DNA of 64,000 nt. It comes from Podarcis erhardii (Eukaryota). The notes beneath the pieces were generated by a model. It saw only the letters and a program-made list of their open reading frames with translations. It was not told the origin of the DNA and did no database searches. Both the position numbers and the translations under genes were made by a program. Positions 1-11,643 of the stretch are shown one piece after another; within the stretch, counting starts at the first letter, position 1; the number at the start of each line of letters is the position of its first letter. The stretch lies in assembly GCA_964252035.1 (NCBI GenBank), contig OZ176211.1. The stretch is one strand, 5' to 3'.

Positions 1-167
1 GAAGTAAAGAAGCTCATTCAGCTGTCATGGCTATCCTTTGTCCATTTGGCCATGACAACAAAAGCCTATGCTCTAATGGTTTTAACATTTTAAAAATAAT
101 TTTTGTGTGTGTGTATATGTATATATGTGTGTGTGTGTGCGTGCGCGTACACACACACACACGCACA

Positions 168-332
168 CATACTCTGAGCCAGACCATTGATCCATCTAGC
201 TTTGTATTAAATACATTGACCAGAAGCGCCTCTCCCGGGTTTCAGGCGGGGGTCTCTCCCAGCCCTACCTGCAGATACTGGGGACTGAACCTTCTGCATG
301 CATAGCAGATGCTGTGTCACTGAGCTACGGCC
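168..332 (-). mobile_element. tRNA-derived SINE, Squam3-like, degenerate
   Basis: Minus strand reads GGCCGTAGCTCAGTG..AGCATCTGCTATGCATGCAGAAGG..CAGGTAGGGCTGGGAGAGACCCC..CTAGATGGATCAATGGTCTGGCTCAG, a tRNA-like head and body matching the recalled squamate Squam3 consensus. Confidence 0.7.
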
Positions 333-3300
333 TTTTCTCACTGTCCACCATCTTAGGCTGTATTTACAGACAGCAGATCACATAATAAAACTTTTCTGGA
401 CTATGGGTGGTTTTTTTTGGGGGGGGGGGTAGGTGAGTCTTGTGGCTAAACAGTCCACCATTGGAAAAAATCTAACTGCACACACTGTACTGAAAAATGG
501 TTATAGACAGTGCTGTTTTTCTAGGTAAAAGAGGTCCCGAATTCTCCATGAATACCTCCCTTATTCCCTTATCATGGCAATGGTGCCCACCTGAGAGGTG
601 CCAGGACTGAGTTCCAGTGAGTTCCCCCTGGGGAAGAAAGCCCTGGTTAAAGAGGATGTTGTTCACTATATGGTGTTATTTATATAAACGTCGTTATGAA
701 CAATGTCAGTCTTGATTTTGGCTGCAGGAAAAAAGGTCGTTAACATGAAGTGAGTTGGGATGAGGAATATTATGTTAGCTTGTGTTCTTCTCTATTTGTG
801 TTAGCTGCCAGGAAATTGAGAGCCAGATTTGTTGCTTGTTTGTTTATGGCTTATAGATAAACAAATAAATAAATGGTTACTACTAGTAGTGCATATAGAA
901 AAATAGAATATTAGGGAATATGTTGGCTACAGTGCTCCCCCCCCCATACCACTTCTGTAGTGAAATCCGTAAATGAACTATGCATTGTGTACCCCTTCCT
1001 TCTTTCCTGAACCTTTCCTGATTCATTGCACAGGTTCAGCATGGGGAGCAAATTTTTTTGCACTACTACTTTTTCCAAGCTGGTTAGATTTTTAAAATGA
1101 GGTGTTTTCGGATTTTAAGAAGTAAGTAATTAGCTTCTCTAGCTTCTGAAGTAGTATTTTACTCCAAAACAATTTTTCATCAGTGGCACTGGAGCCTGTT
1201 CTCCTTGTTCAGTCATGTGAGGTGTTTTCTTTCCCTTTTTGTTTTCCCAAACCTTCTCTCAATTTGTATGCATTTTTTTAAAAAGTATCCTGCCCAGTCT
1301 TAATAAGATGATTAGTTTTAGTAGTTTTACAGTGCCTTGGTGTGAAATAAGTCAGGTAACCACTTTATTAGAAACCCCCCCCCCCCCGTCAGCTTAGATC
1401 TCCTCAACTCACAACTTACCATGTCAGCTTGATTGTGAGAAATAGTCTCCAGAATCTAAACATTTGAAGCAACTGTGTAACGTCTAAGCCGCTTCACCTC
1501 TCCTTTCAAAACAAAGTCCAGACCAAAAACAAAAATCCTCTCAAACCAATCAGTATAATGGGATCACATTTTTATTTGTAAGTGGAAAGATAATGCAGCA
1601 TTTATTAAATTACTTTCCTGGTTTGGGCTTGTGGTATTAATTAGATTTGTTTTTGTCAAGCGTTTCGATTATGAAAGGGAAGCCTTCCAGTTCTCTTTAA
1701 TCAGAGTTCCTGCCAGCTGACCCGGTTACCTGTACCAGCACCCCACGTCTGCCTCCACACATCTGTTCTTTGACCCGTTTACCCCTTGTTGGATTTTTGG
1801 CTCTCATTCTTGCCCTCTTACTACTTGAAGAAATAGTTGAACATTCTCCCCCCACCCCTCCTAAACACACTCCCCCCTTCAATGGGTGAGCTCTCCCTGG
1901 TTTGGTTAACGAATGGCTCACTTGTTTCAGGCTTCCCCAGCAAGATGAGCTCATTGACAACTGGCTATACTGACTGGGGCTGATGGGAATCGGAGTCCAT
2001 CCACATCTGGATGGCCACAGGCAGTGTGGTGTATTGGATACGGAACGCGGAGCTTCTGTTAAAGCTTATGCATTGTTACAGGTTGAACCTATGCAGTCAG
2101 AAATAAGCACTCCTGAGTTGGAAACTGCATAGGATGGCAACAGACCTGCATCTGAATATGTATTTATTGGGCTATTGTTATCCCACTGAGAGCCCTCTCA
2201 ATGCGACTTACCAGAGTCTGAAAATTGTGCTCAAATCTAATACAGGAGCAGAAAACGCCTGGCGTTTGTATGGATCCAGGATCTCTCAGGGAGCTTTTTC
2301 TGGTGTCATAACAGGCAGCAGCTACCACCAAAAACTTCTAAGGCACTTGTGAAAGGTGCCTTGGGAATCATGGTCATTATTTTTTAAAGTGACGCTAAAA
2401 ATTGTGAAAACAATCTGGTGTTTGTGCAAAGCAGACTCCTGGTTGTTTATTTTAACATGGTTATTTCACTGTAAGTTTTTCAACTGGCAGCAAAGAGCTC
2501 TCCAGTTCCATTCACATGAAATAATATCATTTGCTTGGCTAAGAGGATGTAAACTGATGCTGCTTTGCCTCTGCAGTCACTAATCTCTTATATTCAGGTT
2601 GCAATAGCAGATTGATGGGGGATTTGCTGCCTGCATGGAAAAGGCCCAGGTAGGCAGCAAAACAACAATGGGCAGGTGGGTAGATAGGAGCACACTATTC
2701 TAATTAGTGTGGTGCTTGGCAGTGTGAGGTAAAGGGGGTGCAGTTATAAAAACATCCCATATGTCAAAGAGAAGATAGGGAGATGATTAACTGCCACCGG
2801 GCTGTCTAAATTTGAGCTCATGAGTAGAAACACACTACCTTTTAACTTCTGTTACCATGAGGTGTAAAGGGCTCCAGATCTGTGTTAAACATAGTTAGAT
2901 TAGTATTATTTGAGGGAGAAATTGTCTAGGGAAGTGATCCATGAAGAGAAACTGATTGCTGGTCTTAGGTTTTCTGTTAATTGTTTTCTATTTAAATAAG
3001 AGTTTATCTTAAAGAACACTGATTAACTGAAAAACAGTATACAATTTCATGCAAATCATGATGCTGTGTCCCCCCCCCCCCTTTTTAAGAGCAAGGTTAA
3101 GAGCGTCATCTGGGTGAAATAAGAAATCTTCCTCTTTTCCCTTTCTTATTGGAGTTGGAGCCCTTTGGCCTATAGAGAGAGCCAGTGTGTTGTGGTTGTT
3201 TGTTGACCGACTTGTTACACTTATACCCCATCCTTCCTTTTAAGCAGCTCAGGGCAATGTCCACAATCCTGCCCCACCTTGCTTCTCATCTGGGAGGATT

Positions 3301-3559
3301 GTTCACAGTTTTGCTTGCAAGACATACACCAGAGCCCATGTTTATTTAATAAAATATTTATTGTAATTATATATCATGCACATTGGGCATTTAGAATAGC
3401 TGAATAGGGATGGAAATGTGCAGTTGGTCTCCGTCAATAGTTCTGGTTATTGGTATTCACTGGACTCTTTGTCTTGATCAGTTTTCTTTGATGTCTTCTT
3501 TTAAGCCATCTTACAAAACGTATCTATAAATTAAATGCTTTCTCTTCCTTCCTAAACAG

Positions 3560-3608
3560 GTCACCATGAAAACCAAACAGATTAAAGATTCAGTTACGTG
3601 CGCTCCTG
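3560..3608 (+). CDS. DNAJC1: DNAJC1 internal coding exon (49 bp), VTMKTKQIKDSVTCAPG
   Basis: Acceptor cctaaacag|G at 3558-3559 and donor G|gtaagt at 3609. Peptide matches DNAJC1 just after SANT1; phase 1 joins the next exon. Confidence 0.93.
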
Positions 3609-4599
3609 GTAAGTTTCTAGTGCTTCTGTTATTTGTTTCTTGATGCTTAGAGCATAATTAATCTGTGTTAAGTGAGATTGGAGTACATTCAAGCTTAAAA
3701 ACATTAGTGCCTTGCTGAATCAGATAGTAGTTCAGTATTCTTTCCAGCAACCAGCAGCAACTAGGTGAACCTCCAAAAATTTGCCTTTCCTCACTTGCCC
3801 GCATTCTGCCCACCCTTATTTTGGCCAGTTCCTGGGTCAGATCTCGCCAGCCAACCTTTTTTTAGAGAATAGGAACTCCTGCTCCAGCTATAACATTGCC
3901 GCCATGCAGGGACTCAGCTTGCCCCACCAGACTCATGGTATTGGGAAATGGCAATGCAATCTCTTCCCATCCCTTATCCCTGCAATGACCTGGGAGTTGA
4001 GTGTTCAAGTCAAGCCATAATGTTCGAGTGATATATCTGCAGAATGAAATCTCACAATCCTTCCTCCACAGCTTTGAGAAACTCACAAGAAACTTAACTG
4101 TACTGTCTGCCTCTTCTATAAAATGATCCAGGGAGAATGGGACTTGTATATATGCCCTTATTAAGTGGATAAAATGAAGCTCTACCCTTCAGTGGTTAGC
4201 AGTGCAAAGGACACAAAATAACTAAGGGTACCGTTAGCAGTAGGGGCAATGCAGTTCATTCATTTCAAACCAGTGGAAATTGTGCAGTAGCAGGTGCATG
4301 TTAACAAAGGAACCAGAAAACAATGCCAGATGTTTTAGCATCATACCTAATTGATGCTATTTCTGGATTGCTTAATTCAGGTGTGCCTACCATGGAAACA
4401 AAGGAGGAAGCAAAAACAGAAGCCCAAATTCATTATTTTTATGAACCCTTGATTTTTGAGTAGATGTATCAGATTTTTTTCAAGGGTTGACTCAACAATT
4501 ACTTACTGGGGGGGTAACAGTTGCACAATAAGAATACTATAGGATCAGTTTCCCCTTCCCTGGCTTAAATCATGCTGAAAATGATACTGTTTCCAACAG

Positions 4600-5090
4600 G
4601 TATCGTTAGGCTGTCAGAGCTGAAAATGTTGGCCCAAAACTCCAAATCCAACAAGACCAGTGTTAACTTGTCAGATCACATAATCACTCAGCGGGAAAAA
4701 GAGGAGGAAGACCTGGAGGAGGACGTGTCAAAGTACAGTTGTGACCCAGAACCAATAGATATGGCAACAGCAGATCAACAAGAGACTGCGTTGACTGAAG
4801 CCAGACACCGCAGGAGGAAAACAATACCAAAGAGCCCTGAAGTGACACTCCCAGTGATGAAAGAGGCAGCAGAGGACAAATGTAGGGGGAAGCGCCAGAA
4901 GGACTTTGACACTGCAGATCAAGAGGAATATAGCGACGAGGAGGCCAGAAAAAGAGAGAGATGCCGCAGTTCTGAAGACTTGTGGACTCAGAATCAACAG
5001 AAGCTTTTGGAGCTGGCCTTACAGCAGTATCCAAAGGGAACCGCAGAACGCTGGGATAAGATTGCCAAATGTGTTCCAGGGAAAACTAAG
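4600..5090 (+). CDS. DNAJC1: DNAJC1 penultimate coding exon (491 bp), acidic linker and start of the second SANT/Myb domain
   Basis: ORF 4572..5153 contains GIVRLSELK and [36 protein letters not shown]. Acceptor ttccaacag|GT; donor AAG|gtgagg at 5091. Confidence 0.96.
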
Positions 5091-5363
5091 GTGAGGTCAT
5101 GCTCTCGTGTAGGGTTAAAGCACTCTGCCGTTGGGTGTGGTGTGGTACACTAGCTAAAAGCTGAAGCCGCCTCCTTGATTCTGCCAAAAGTTCAACCTGG
5201 GGGAGTGAATGCGCTTCAGTTTTCAGCAAATGTTGCTGAGAATGAGGTGTGGCATATGGCTAAATGCTGTAGCTGCTAACATGCAGCTCCTTTCAAGGCA
5301 GGGCTTTTGGAGGTTTGGGCTGGTTCTGTATAGCATTGCTTCTAAACTGGTAAAACAGTGAAG

Positions 5364-5678
5364 TTAGGTCCATTCGCGGACGACTCTGGGGTTGTGGTGC
5401 TCATCTCGCTCTGTCGGCCAAGGGAGCTGGCGTTTGTCCGCAGACAGCTTCCAGGTCATGTGGCCAGCATGACTAAGCCGCTTCTGGCAAACCAGGGGGA
5501 AGCACCGTTTACCTTCCCGCCGTAGCTGTACCTATTTATCTACTTGCACTTGACGTGCTTTCGAACTGCTAGGTGGGCAGGAGCAGGGAACGAGCCTGTC
5601 GCGGGGATTCGAACCGCCAACCTTCTGCTCGGCAAGCCCTAGGCTCTGTGGTTTAAGCCACAGCGCCATCCGCTTCCC
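5364..5678 (-). mobile_element. Sauria SINE (lacertid type), nearly full length
   Basis: Minus strand begins GGGAAGCGGATGGCGCTGTGGCTTAAACCACAGAGCCTAGGG, has B-box-like GGTTCGAATCC, body GTGCAAGTAGATAAATAGGTAC and 3' part ACCCCAGAGTCG. Confidence 0.85.
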
Positions 5679-6234
5679 TGAAGTTAACATAGTGAGGCCC
5701 AATATTAGTTTCTGGCATTTTGCTTTTTATTAGGAATTCGTTACTTTTATTGTTTTTCCAAACAGTTGCTGCTTTTCCAAAGTCCTGTTGGTCCATTAGA
5801 AACATTTCAAAATCCACTAACGTGAATTTTATTTTATTAGGGTTATGCAAAATGCCACATGAATGTGAGCAAGGTTGTTTCTTTTAGATAGAAATAGAAC
5901 TTTTTGCATAGTTTCTTTGACAGCCCACACAGAAAGGCAGCAAAAACAATTGGTGTGAATGTGTTGGTTGGTACAAGCAGTGAGTCGAAAAGTGGACTTG
6001 AAATCTCTGCAAGGACTTAGGATTACACTGTATGGCAACTTGTTCATGCATTTTCCCCATGGAATTGTCTCACTATGGACACATTTACACTGAGAAATTC
6101 CATAGCATGAACTATTTAGGATATTTTCCCCATTGTCAGTTTTCCATAAAATGCCCCTTTAAATTGCTAGCATACGTTTTCATTTAACAAAAGTGAAATA
6201 TCCTTTAATCTCAATTCTGCTTCTCTGCCTACAG

Positions 6235-6303
6235 GAAGAATGTGTGACTCGATACAAGTTGCTGGTTGAACTCATACAAAAGAAAAAAATGGCAAAGAGC
6301 TGA
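6235..6303 (+). CDS. DNAJC1: DNAJC1 last coding exon, EECVTRYKLLVELIQKKKMAKS*
   Basis: Acceptor ttctctgcctacag|GAA, phase 0, completes SANT2. TGA at 6301-6303; matches the DNAJC1 C-terminus. Confidence 0.96.
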   Translation, partial: EECVTRYKLLVELIQKKKMAKS

Positions 6304-6416
6304 ATGAACATTCTCAAGAACTTTGCTTACTGAAAATGGAGATATTTTAAACAACATATGCAGTAACTTGTATTTTTGTACCTCAGTATTTCAGTATGTC
6401 ATGTGCCTTAGTAAAA

Positions 6417-6422
6417 AATAAA
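6417..6422 (+). promoter_or_regulatory. DNAJC1: DNAJC1 polyadenylation signal AATAAA
   Basis: First AATAAA after the stop, ~115 nt downstream, preceded by U-rich/TGTA elements. Confidence 0.75.
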
Positions 6423-6579
6423 TCAATACATTTTATGCCTTCCTTTAAAACTTGTGCTTATAAGATCAGTAGAATTTTTTTTGCCAAGAAAAGTAAGTAT
6501 GTAAGAACCGAGTACTTAAACCTATTAGTAAAACATGGCCTAAAAACACCCTAAAATCTGTAGTCCAAAATCTCTACAG

Positions 6580-6695
6580 GGAGGGATGATCAACAACATG
6601 GCGCCCTCAAACTGTTGTGGGACTTCAAGTCACAATAGTCAGGTTTGGCGAGTGCTGTGGTCCAGTAATATCTAGAGGGTGCCAGGTTGGGGAGT
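6580..6695. mobile_element. Degenerate hAT-type MITE in the DNAJC1-MLLT10 intergenic gap
   Basis: Ends gagggtgccaggttgggg, resembling the MITE family at 31886, 40833 and 41175. Confidence 0.45.
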
Positions 6696-6864
6696 TAATA
6701 GAACATTTAGTTAATATTGCCATTTTTAGAGTGTGCTGCATGGGCTCCTACCAGATACAGCAAATCAAGCGAAGCTGGAACTTCCGATGCCGACTTTAAA
6801 ACATGACTTCTCAAAGCCCATCATAAAAAAACTGCAGTTGGAAGAAATAAGTTGGGTTATGTTT

Positions 6865-8377
6865 ACAACCATAAACAATATTAAAATTTATTAACCAAAG
6901 CTTTGTACATATCTTTATATAAACTTGCAATTTTACATCTAGCAAAACAGCAACAATTTGTACAAATTGTTACAGAATATTAACGAGTGGTTTAAGCAAA
7001 TTAAACCACACTGATTTACTTAGTAAATTATCTACAAAAGTGATTTGTGACTTTTTAAAAAAAATTCCCATGAACATATAAAAATAAATTATTCTTTCAT
7101 TTTCAATTAAATCTACCAATTAGAAATATTACAAATCAAAATATCCACCTTATGAATTTTCCACAATACAAAAAACTGTCACAAAACCTTATTTACAGAA
7201 ATGAGGTAAGAACTGTGCAATGTTTAACCAAACGATATTGCAGAAACAATAGGTTCATCCAATTAAGTACACAGTGTAGGTCTAAAGTATACTTGAGTAT
7301 TTTCCACTAATAATTCACACAAATTCAGATTAGTGGCCATTAAATCCCAACCTCAATCTATGTTCTGCTATACTGCATAGTCATACCATGAAAATCAACT
7401 ATTCAAAGTGAAAATATTTTTTTAAAAAAAAAATCCACCCGTTTACACCATTTCCTCAGAAATGTGAAATTCCTTCTCCCCCCCCCCTTCTTTTTTTGGT
7501 AATTTATTAGTGGAAAGCAACCCAGGTAACAATTTGCCTGAGCTATCTACAGTGACAAACACTTCTCATAAAGGCAGATCAATGGGGTACGGCTGCTGGT
7601 GCAAGGTTGAGCACACTCACGGCTTTCACAAAGACTTGTTTAGTGCATGCCCAGCTATACAAAGCAATTCCAACCCAACAGAGGTAAGCAACAGGCACTT
7701 GGGTTAATTCAAATATTACCAGAACATGAGTTGCCCTCTCGTCTGGTAAGATTTATCATCTTTGAACTGATCTGTTTTTTCCCAGCAACCTTAAAAAAAA
7801 ATCCAATTGAGCATTAGCCACCATTTGTCATTACTTGAGACTTCTTGCTTTAGCAAAACATCCATTAAAGTTAACTGGGGGGTGGGAGTAAAAAGTTTAA
7901 AACCTGGTCCTTTATTGGGGGGGAAAACTGGTACCTCTTTTTTAAAAAACCACCGGTGTTTAGCTAAACAGTAACAACTTGCCATTGGCAGATACTGCAA
8001 TTTGGCTTGCTTTCTTCAAACAAGTAATGGATCTGGAACAGGCAGGGACAGACAGTCTGTTCATTAGCACTCTGGTATGTTAAAAGGCTACTAGTTCAGC
8101 AGCAGAAGTCAAACAAATGGCCCAAACTGACAACTCTAATATGCAAAAATACTTTAAAAGTTCCATGAAATTGGAAGAAAACAGTTAAGGTTCAGTGCAA
8201 CAAAAAGCAACAAGGTCAAAGCCTTACAATAAATGTCTTCAGGTAGATTCGCTTTTCCAGTGTGCAGTTAGCTCCTTGTTGCATTGAGTCATACCTGCAG
8301 AGAGTCTGCAACTTGCAAACTGATGAAGTGCTCTCACAGCAGGACACATAATTCTCATGTTTTTATTTCTCCAAATG
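6865..8377 (-). other. MLLT10: MLLT10 3'UTR (~1.5 kb; lower boundary approximate)
   Basis: Follows the stop at 8378-8380, no recognisable TEs, AU-rich, ends at the signal at 6887-6892. Confidence 0.7.
6887..6892 (-). promoter_or_regulatory. MLLT10: MLLT10 distal polyadenylation signal AATAAA
   Basis: tttatt on + at the end of an AU-rich block with several TGTA elements resembling the mammalian MLLT10 3' end (recalled). Confidence 0.7.
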
Positions 8378-8422
8378 TCAATTCTTTTCCGGTGCAACTG
8401 GTCCACTTTTATCATTGAGTCT
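8378..8422 (-). CDS. MLLT10: MLLT10 last coding exon, RLNDKSGPVAPEKN*
   Basis: Acceptor tttcgtctccag|AGA, phase 0. Matches human RLSDKTGPVAQEKS*. Confidence 0.93.
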   Translation of the reverse strand, partial: RLNDKSGPVAPEKN

Positions 8423-9706
8423 CTGGAGACGAAATCAACATGTCATGCCAGCGTACAATTGTGTCACATTATCAGAGTTTTAATATATATATATATAAAA
8501 CAAAATGGTAATGCATCAAAAGAGAGAGATGTTTTGTTGTTTTTACGTATGGCAAAACTTCCTAAGGTTGAGAAGCAACATAAAATGAAAACTTTTGACA
8601 TAAAAGGATGACATTTGGTCTCCAGCCTGCACTCCCCTCACTAAGGGGGGGGGGGAACAAACCACCTAAAAGCTCTCATAAGCTGCTTCTGGATTCAGCC
8701 AGTTTATGTTTTCTCCACAGTACACAAAATTTGAATTAATATCTACAGGATTTTTAGGAAACAAAGCACACATTTCATTATGAAATAATGAATGCAGATG
8801 TATTCACTGTTCATTTACTTCTACTGTTCCAACTGAGAAGCAGCACTTTTACAGACAGTTTGGGTTGGGTATGTGAGGAAGTAAGGGGGGGAGGAATACT
8901 AAAAATGGCCTTTCCTATTTGTTTCTGTCACTAAATATCACATTCAGTGAGTTTTGGGAAATATGCAAATAATTTGCAATACTGATTAATTGATCAGGTA
9001 ATTGCTGATTGGTTACTAACTCTTTAAAATTGGTGGCTAGCCCTATTTAAAAGCAGTGGTTAATTGCTAAGACAGGAAGGTAATGTTATTGAGCCAAGTC
9101 CTATCAAAGGAACAGCATACACAGCTTTTTCTGAAAAAAATAAATTTAGAAAACTAGACAACAGTAATGGGCAATACCAACGCAGAAAGATGGTTCTTTC
9201 CTCTCTTGTGCTAATGTTCCAGTGCTAGAGTTCACTATGCTGTGGGTCTTCCAGTAGTTTATTGAAAAGTATTGTAACTAGATGGTGCTAAAAGCGCAAA
9301 AATACCCCCACGGCTAGTACAAAGCAACAACGAGCAGCATGTGGTCAAAACTCAGCAATGGCACACACACAAGTGCAACTGTAGCAGCAAATGCCCTTGC
9401 TGTCCCCTGGAAAAGTAGAAGAGCTGCTGATTATCCTGCAACATTATCCTAGTGAGGGGGGAGCTTGAAGGCTTTACCAGGCAGGGACCAGAGGGGTTCT
9501 CAGTCTAAGGACTGGATGCCAAAGTAGATGTGACAGTTCAAGCCGCTCATTTCAGTCATACACTTGTAGCTGAACAGGATTTCCTCTCTCCATTTAATCT
9601 TTAATATAAACATTTCCCTTCGGGTTGGTATTTTTAACCTTTACCTAGTTAAGACCTTCTCCTGCACTTGAATTTGCTTATATGAGCAGTACACGTATAT
9701 ACTTAC

Positions 9707-9904
9707 AGTTACTTTTTGAGCTGTGTTATCCCCATGAATGGTAAGGAATGGGTTACTCGTAGCTGTATGAAGTGGGGATGCCTGATTGCCTGCCAGCAAG
9801 TTATTGATGGGAATCTGTGTTGCTCCAGAAATCTGCAACTGTTGTACTTCAGGCTGGTGGTGTTGCTGCTGAACTAGTTGATACAGAAGAGCCTGGTGCT
9901 GTTC
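9707..9904 (-). CDS. MLLT10: MLLT10 penultimate exon (198 bp), EQHQALLYQ...GDNTAQKVT
   Basis: Acceptor cttgag|GAA and donor ACT|gtaagt. Includes ORF 9641..9838 QIPINNLLAGNQASPLHTATSNPFLTIHGDN. Confidence 0.95.
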
Positions 9905-11139
9905 CTCAAGTACAACGGAGAAGGACAGTTTTAGTCATTTTATGGGTGAACACATTTCTTCTTGCATTCAGAAAAATGAGTAGTCAAAACTGGTGAAAAC
10001 TAAACTTGTGAGTGAAGTAACTCCTCCCTTATCCAGGATTTACACACACTTTTCTGTAGTTTAGATTTAAAATGACTGTAGTTGACTTTTCCACAGCTTC
10101 AAGGCAGAAGAGCAGCCAGAACTAGCCTCTTAAAGCTGCTGTTGGTAGAGAGGTCCCTTGCCTGCTCAGAACTAATGTTTTGCCACAATTAAGAGCAGAG
10201 CTTTGATACAGGGAAGTCCAGTTCACATCTCTGCTTAAGTATGAAGCATACTGGCAGGCATTGAATAAATTTATTGCAAGAACCAAAACACAACTTTGAC
10301 CAGACAAGTGGGATGCAGAAACAAAGACGTGAACCAGGAAAAGCAGAAAGTCATGCTGTTGACTACAAATCTAGGAGAGAGAAAACTTTAAAGGGTAGTG
10401 CCACAGAGATATCTGAAAGCCCCTGTCTTCTTCCTGACTAAGCCAATCTAAGAATCCAGTATGGATGTACAAAGCAAAAGCATTTGTGTCAGAAGCTAAA
10501 TGAAAAAAGTTCTTTTGGAGAACTAACAGGCGGCAGGATCTAGTAAGCACATTTCTAAAGAGCTATTAGATAAAACATTACTTGTGTATCTGTCTTCAGT
10601 GGATACTGGATTGTGAATGTAAATGATTGATTAGCTTCAGGGTGCTTATAGTCTACCCCCACATCCTGGTACCCCGTTCAAAAATGTATGCATGTGAAAG
10701 AGAACACTGTGCCTGCAAGTTTGTATGTCTACAAATCTCTCAGGAATATCATTGCCTCTTATTTTGTACCAATGTCATAAACATCTTTCAAGCTGAAGAG
10801 AAATCCTTCCAGGTTGATGCATGTCGTAACAGTTCTGCAGTAGCAAAAGATGTTGAGGAGACCATCTCCTCTTCCAGTCTGACGGCCACTCCACTTCCTG
10901 TGGAGCAAAGTGAGCCAGCCCTCTTTTCTCCAATAAATGGGAGATAGTTAGTGACGGGTTGGAAGGAATGAGACAGGCAAAGCCATGGGTGCACTGTCTT
11001 TGCTCTTCTAGAGTTATGGGAGGCATGCATGACTTGTGTGGTGAGTTATTGGAATTACATTTGTTCCAACATCCACATCTGTACAATTGAAGGTATGGTT
11101 GGCCCTTGGCAAAGAGGTGGCAATTTTGTGATATGGTTG

Positions 11140-11340
11140 GATAGTGCCTTGCATGCCTCCTTCCAGCAACTCCTGCAGCCAAGCTGGTGCCAAATGTATT
11201 GCTCTGCTTTCCTTTGGACCACATCAGAGAGGCTGAGGGGGGTCTTGTCATCTGAGGACCTCCACTCAAACACACACACTGCCCAGGCCTGCACCCGGGG
11301 GAGGTCACTTCAGTGCTGCTAACACAGCAGTTTGACTTCA
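11140..11340 (+). mobile_element. Fragment of an interspersed repeat also present at 56240-56500 (probably RTE-clade LINE-derived)
   Basis: Shares ttccagcaactcctgcagccaagctggtgccaaa ... ggggaggtcacttc ... cagcagtttgactt with the copy at 56.2-56.5 kb. Confidence 0.6.
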
Positions 11341-11643
11341 TTTCGATTTAGGTGTTGTTGTTTTTTACGAAAGTCCTTTTGATGATACCTCAGGCACCAA
11401 AATGCATCTGGCCATCTACTTCATCTCATCCAAGATTCTGAACTGCTTAAAGCTCAAGCGGACTTTTGTACTTCTCTTAGAGAAACTTTTAAAAACAGTT
11501 CTATAATTTTTCCTGGGTCCCTCTCTGTGAGCACCTTTTTGAAGCTTGTCACAAGATTTAGAACAAGACCTAAACTAGCTACATAAACATCAACACTTGC
11601 CCCCGAACTCTGGAAATAAAAGGGACGATAAAAAAAGACTCAC

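Noticed and set aside
4684-5034. Antisense ORFs over the DNAJC1 exon
   Set aside because: Shadow ORFs of a real coding exon.
10775-11341. 188-aa ORF on - as a standalone gene
   Set aside because: Its 5' half lies in an interspersed repeat. Only the last 123 nt have a plausible acceptor, reported separately.
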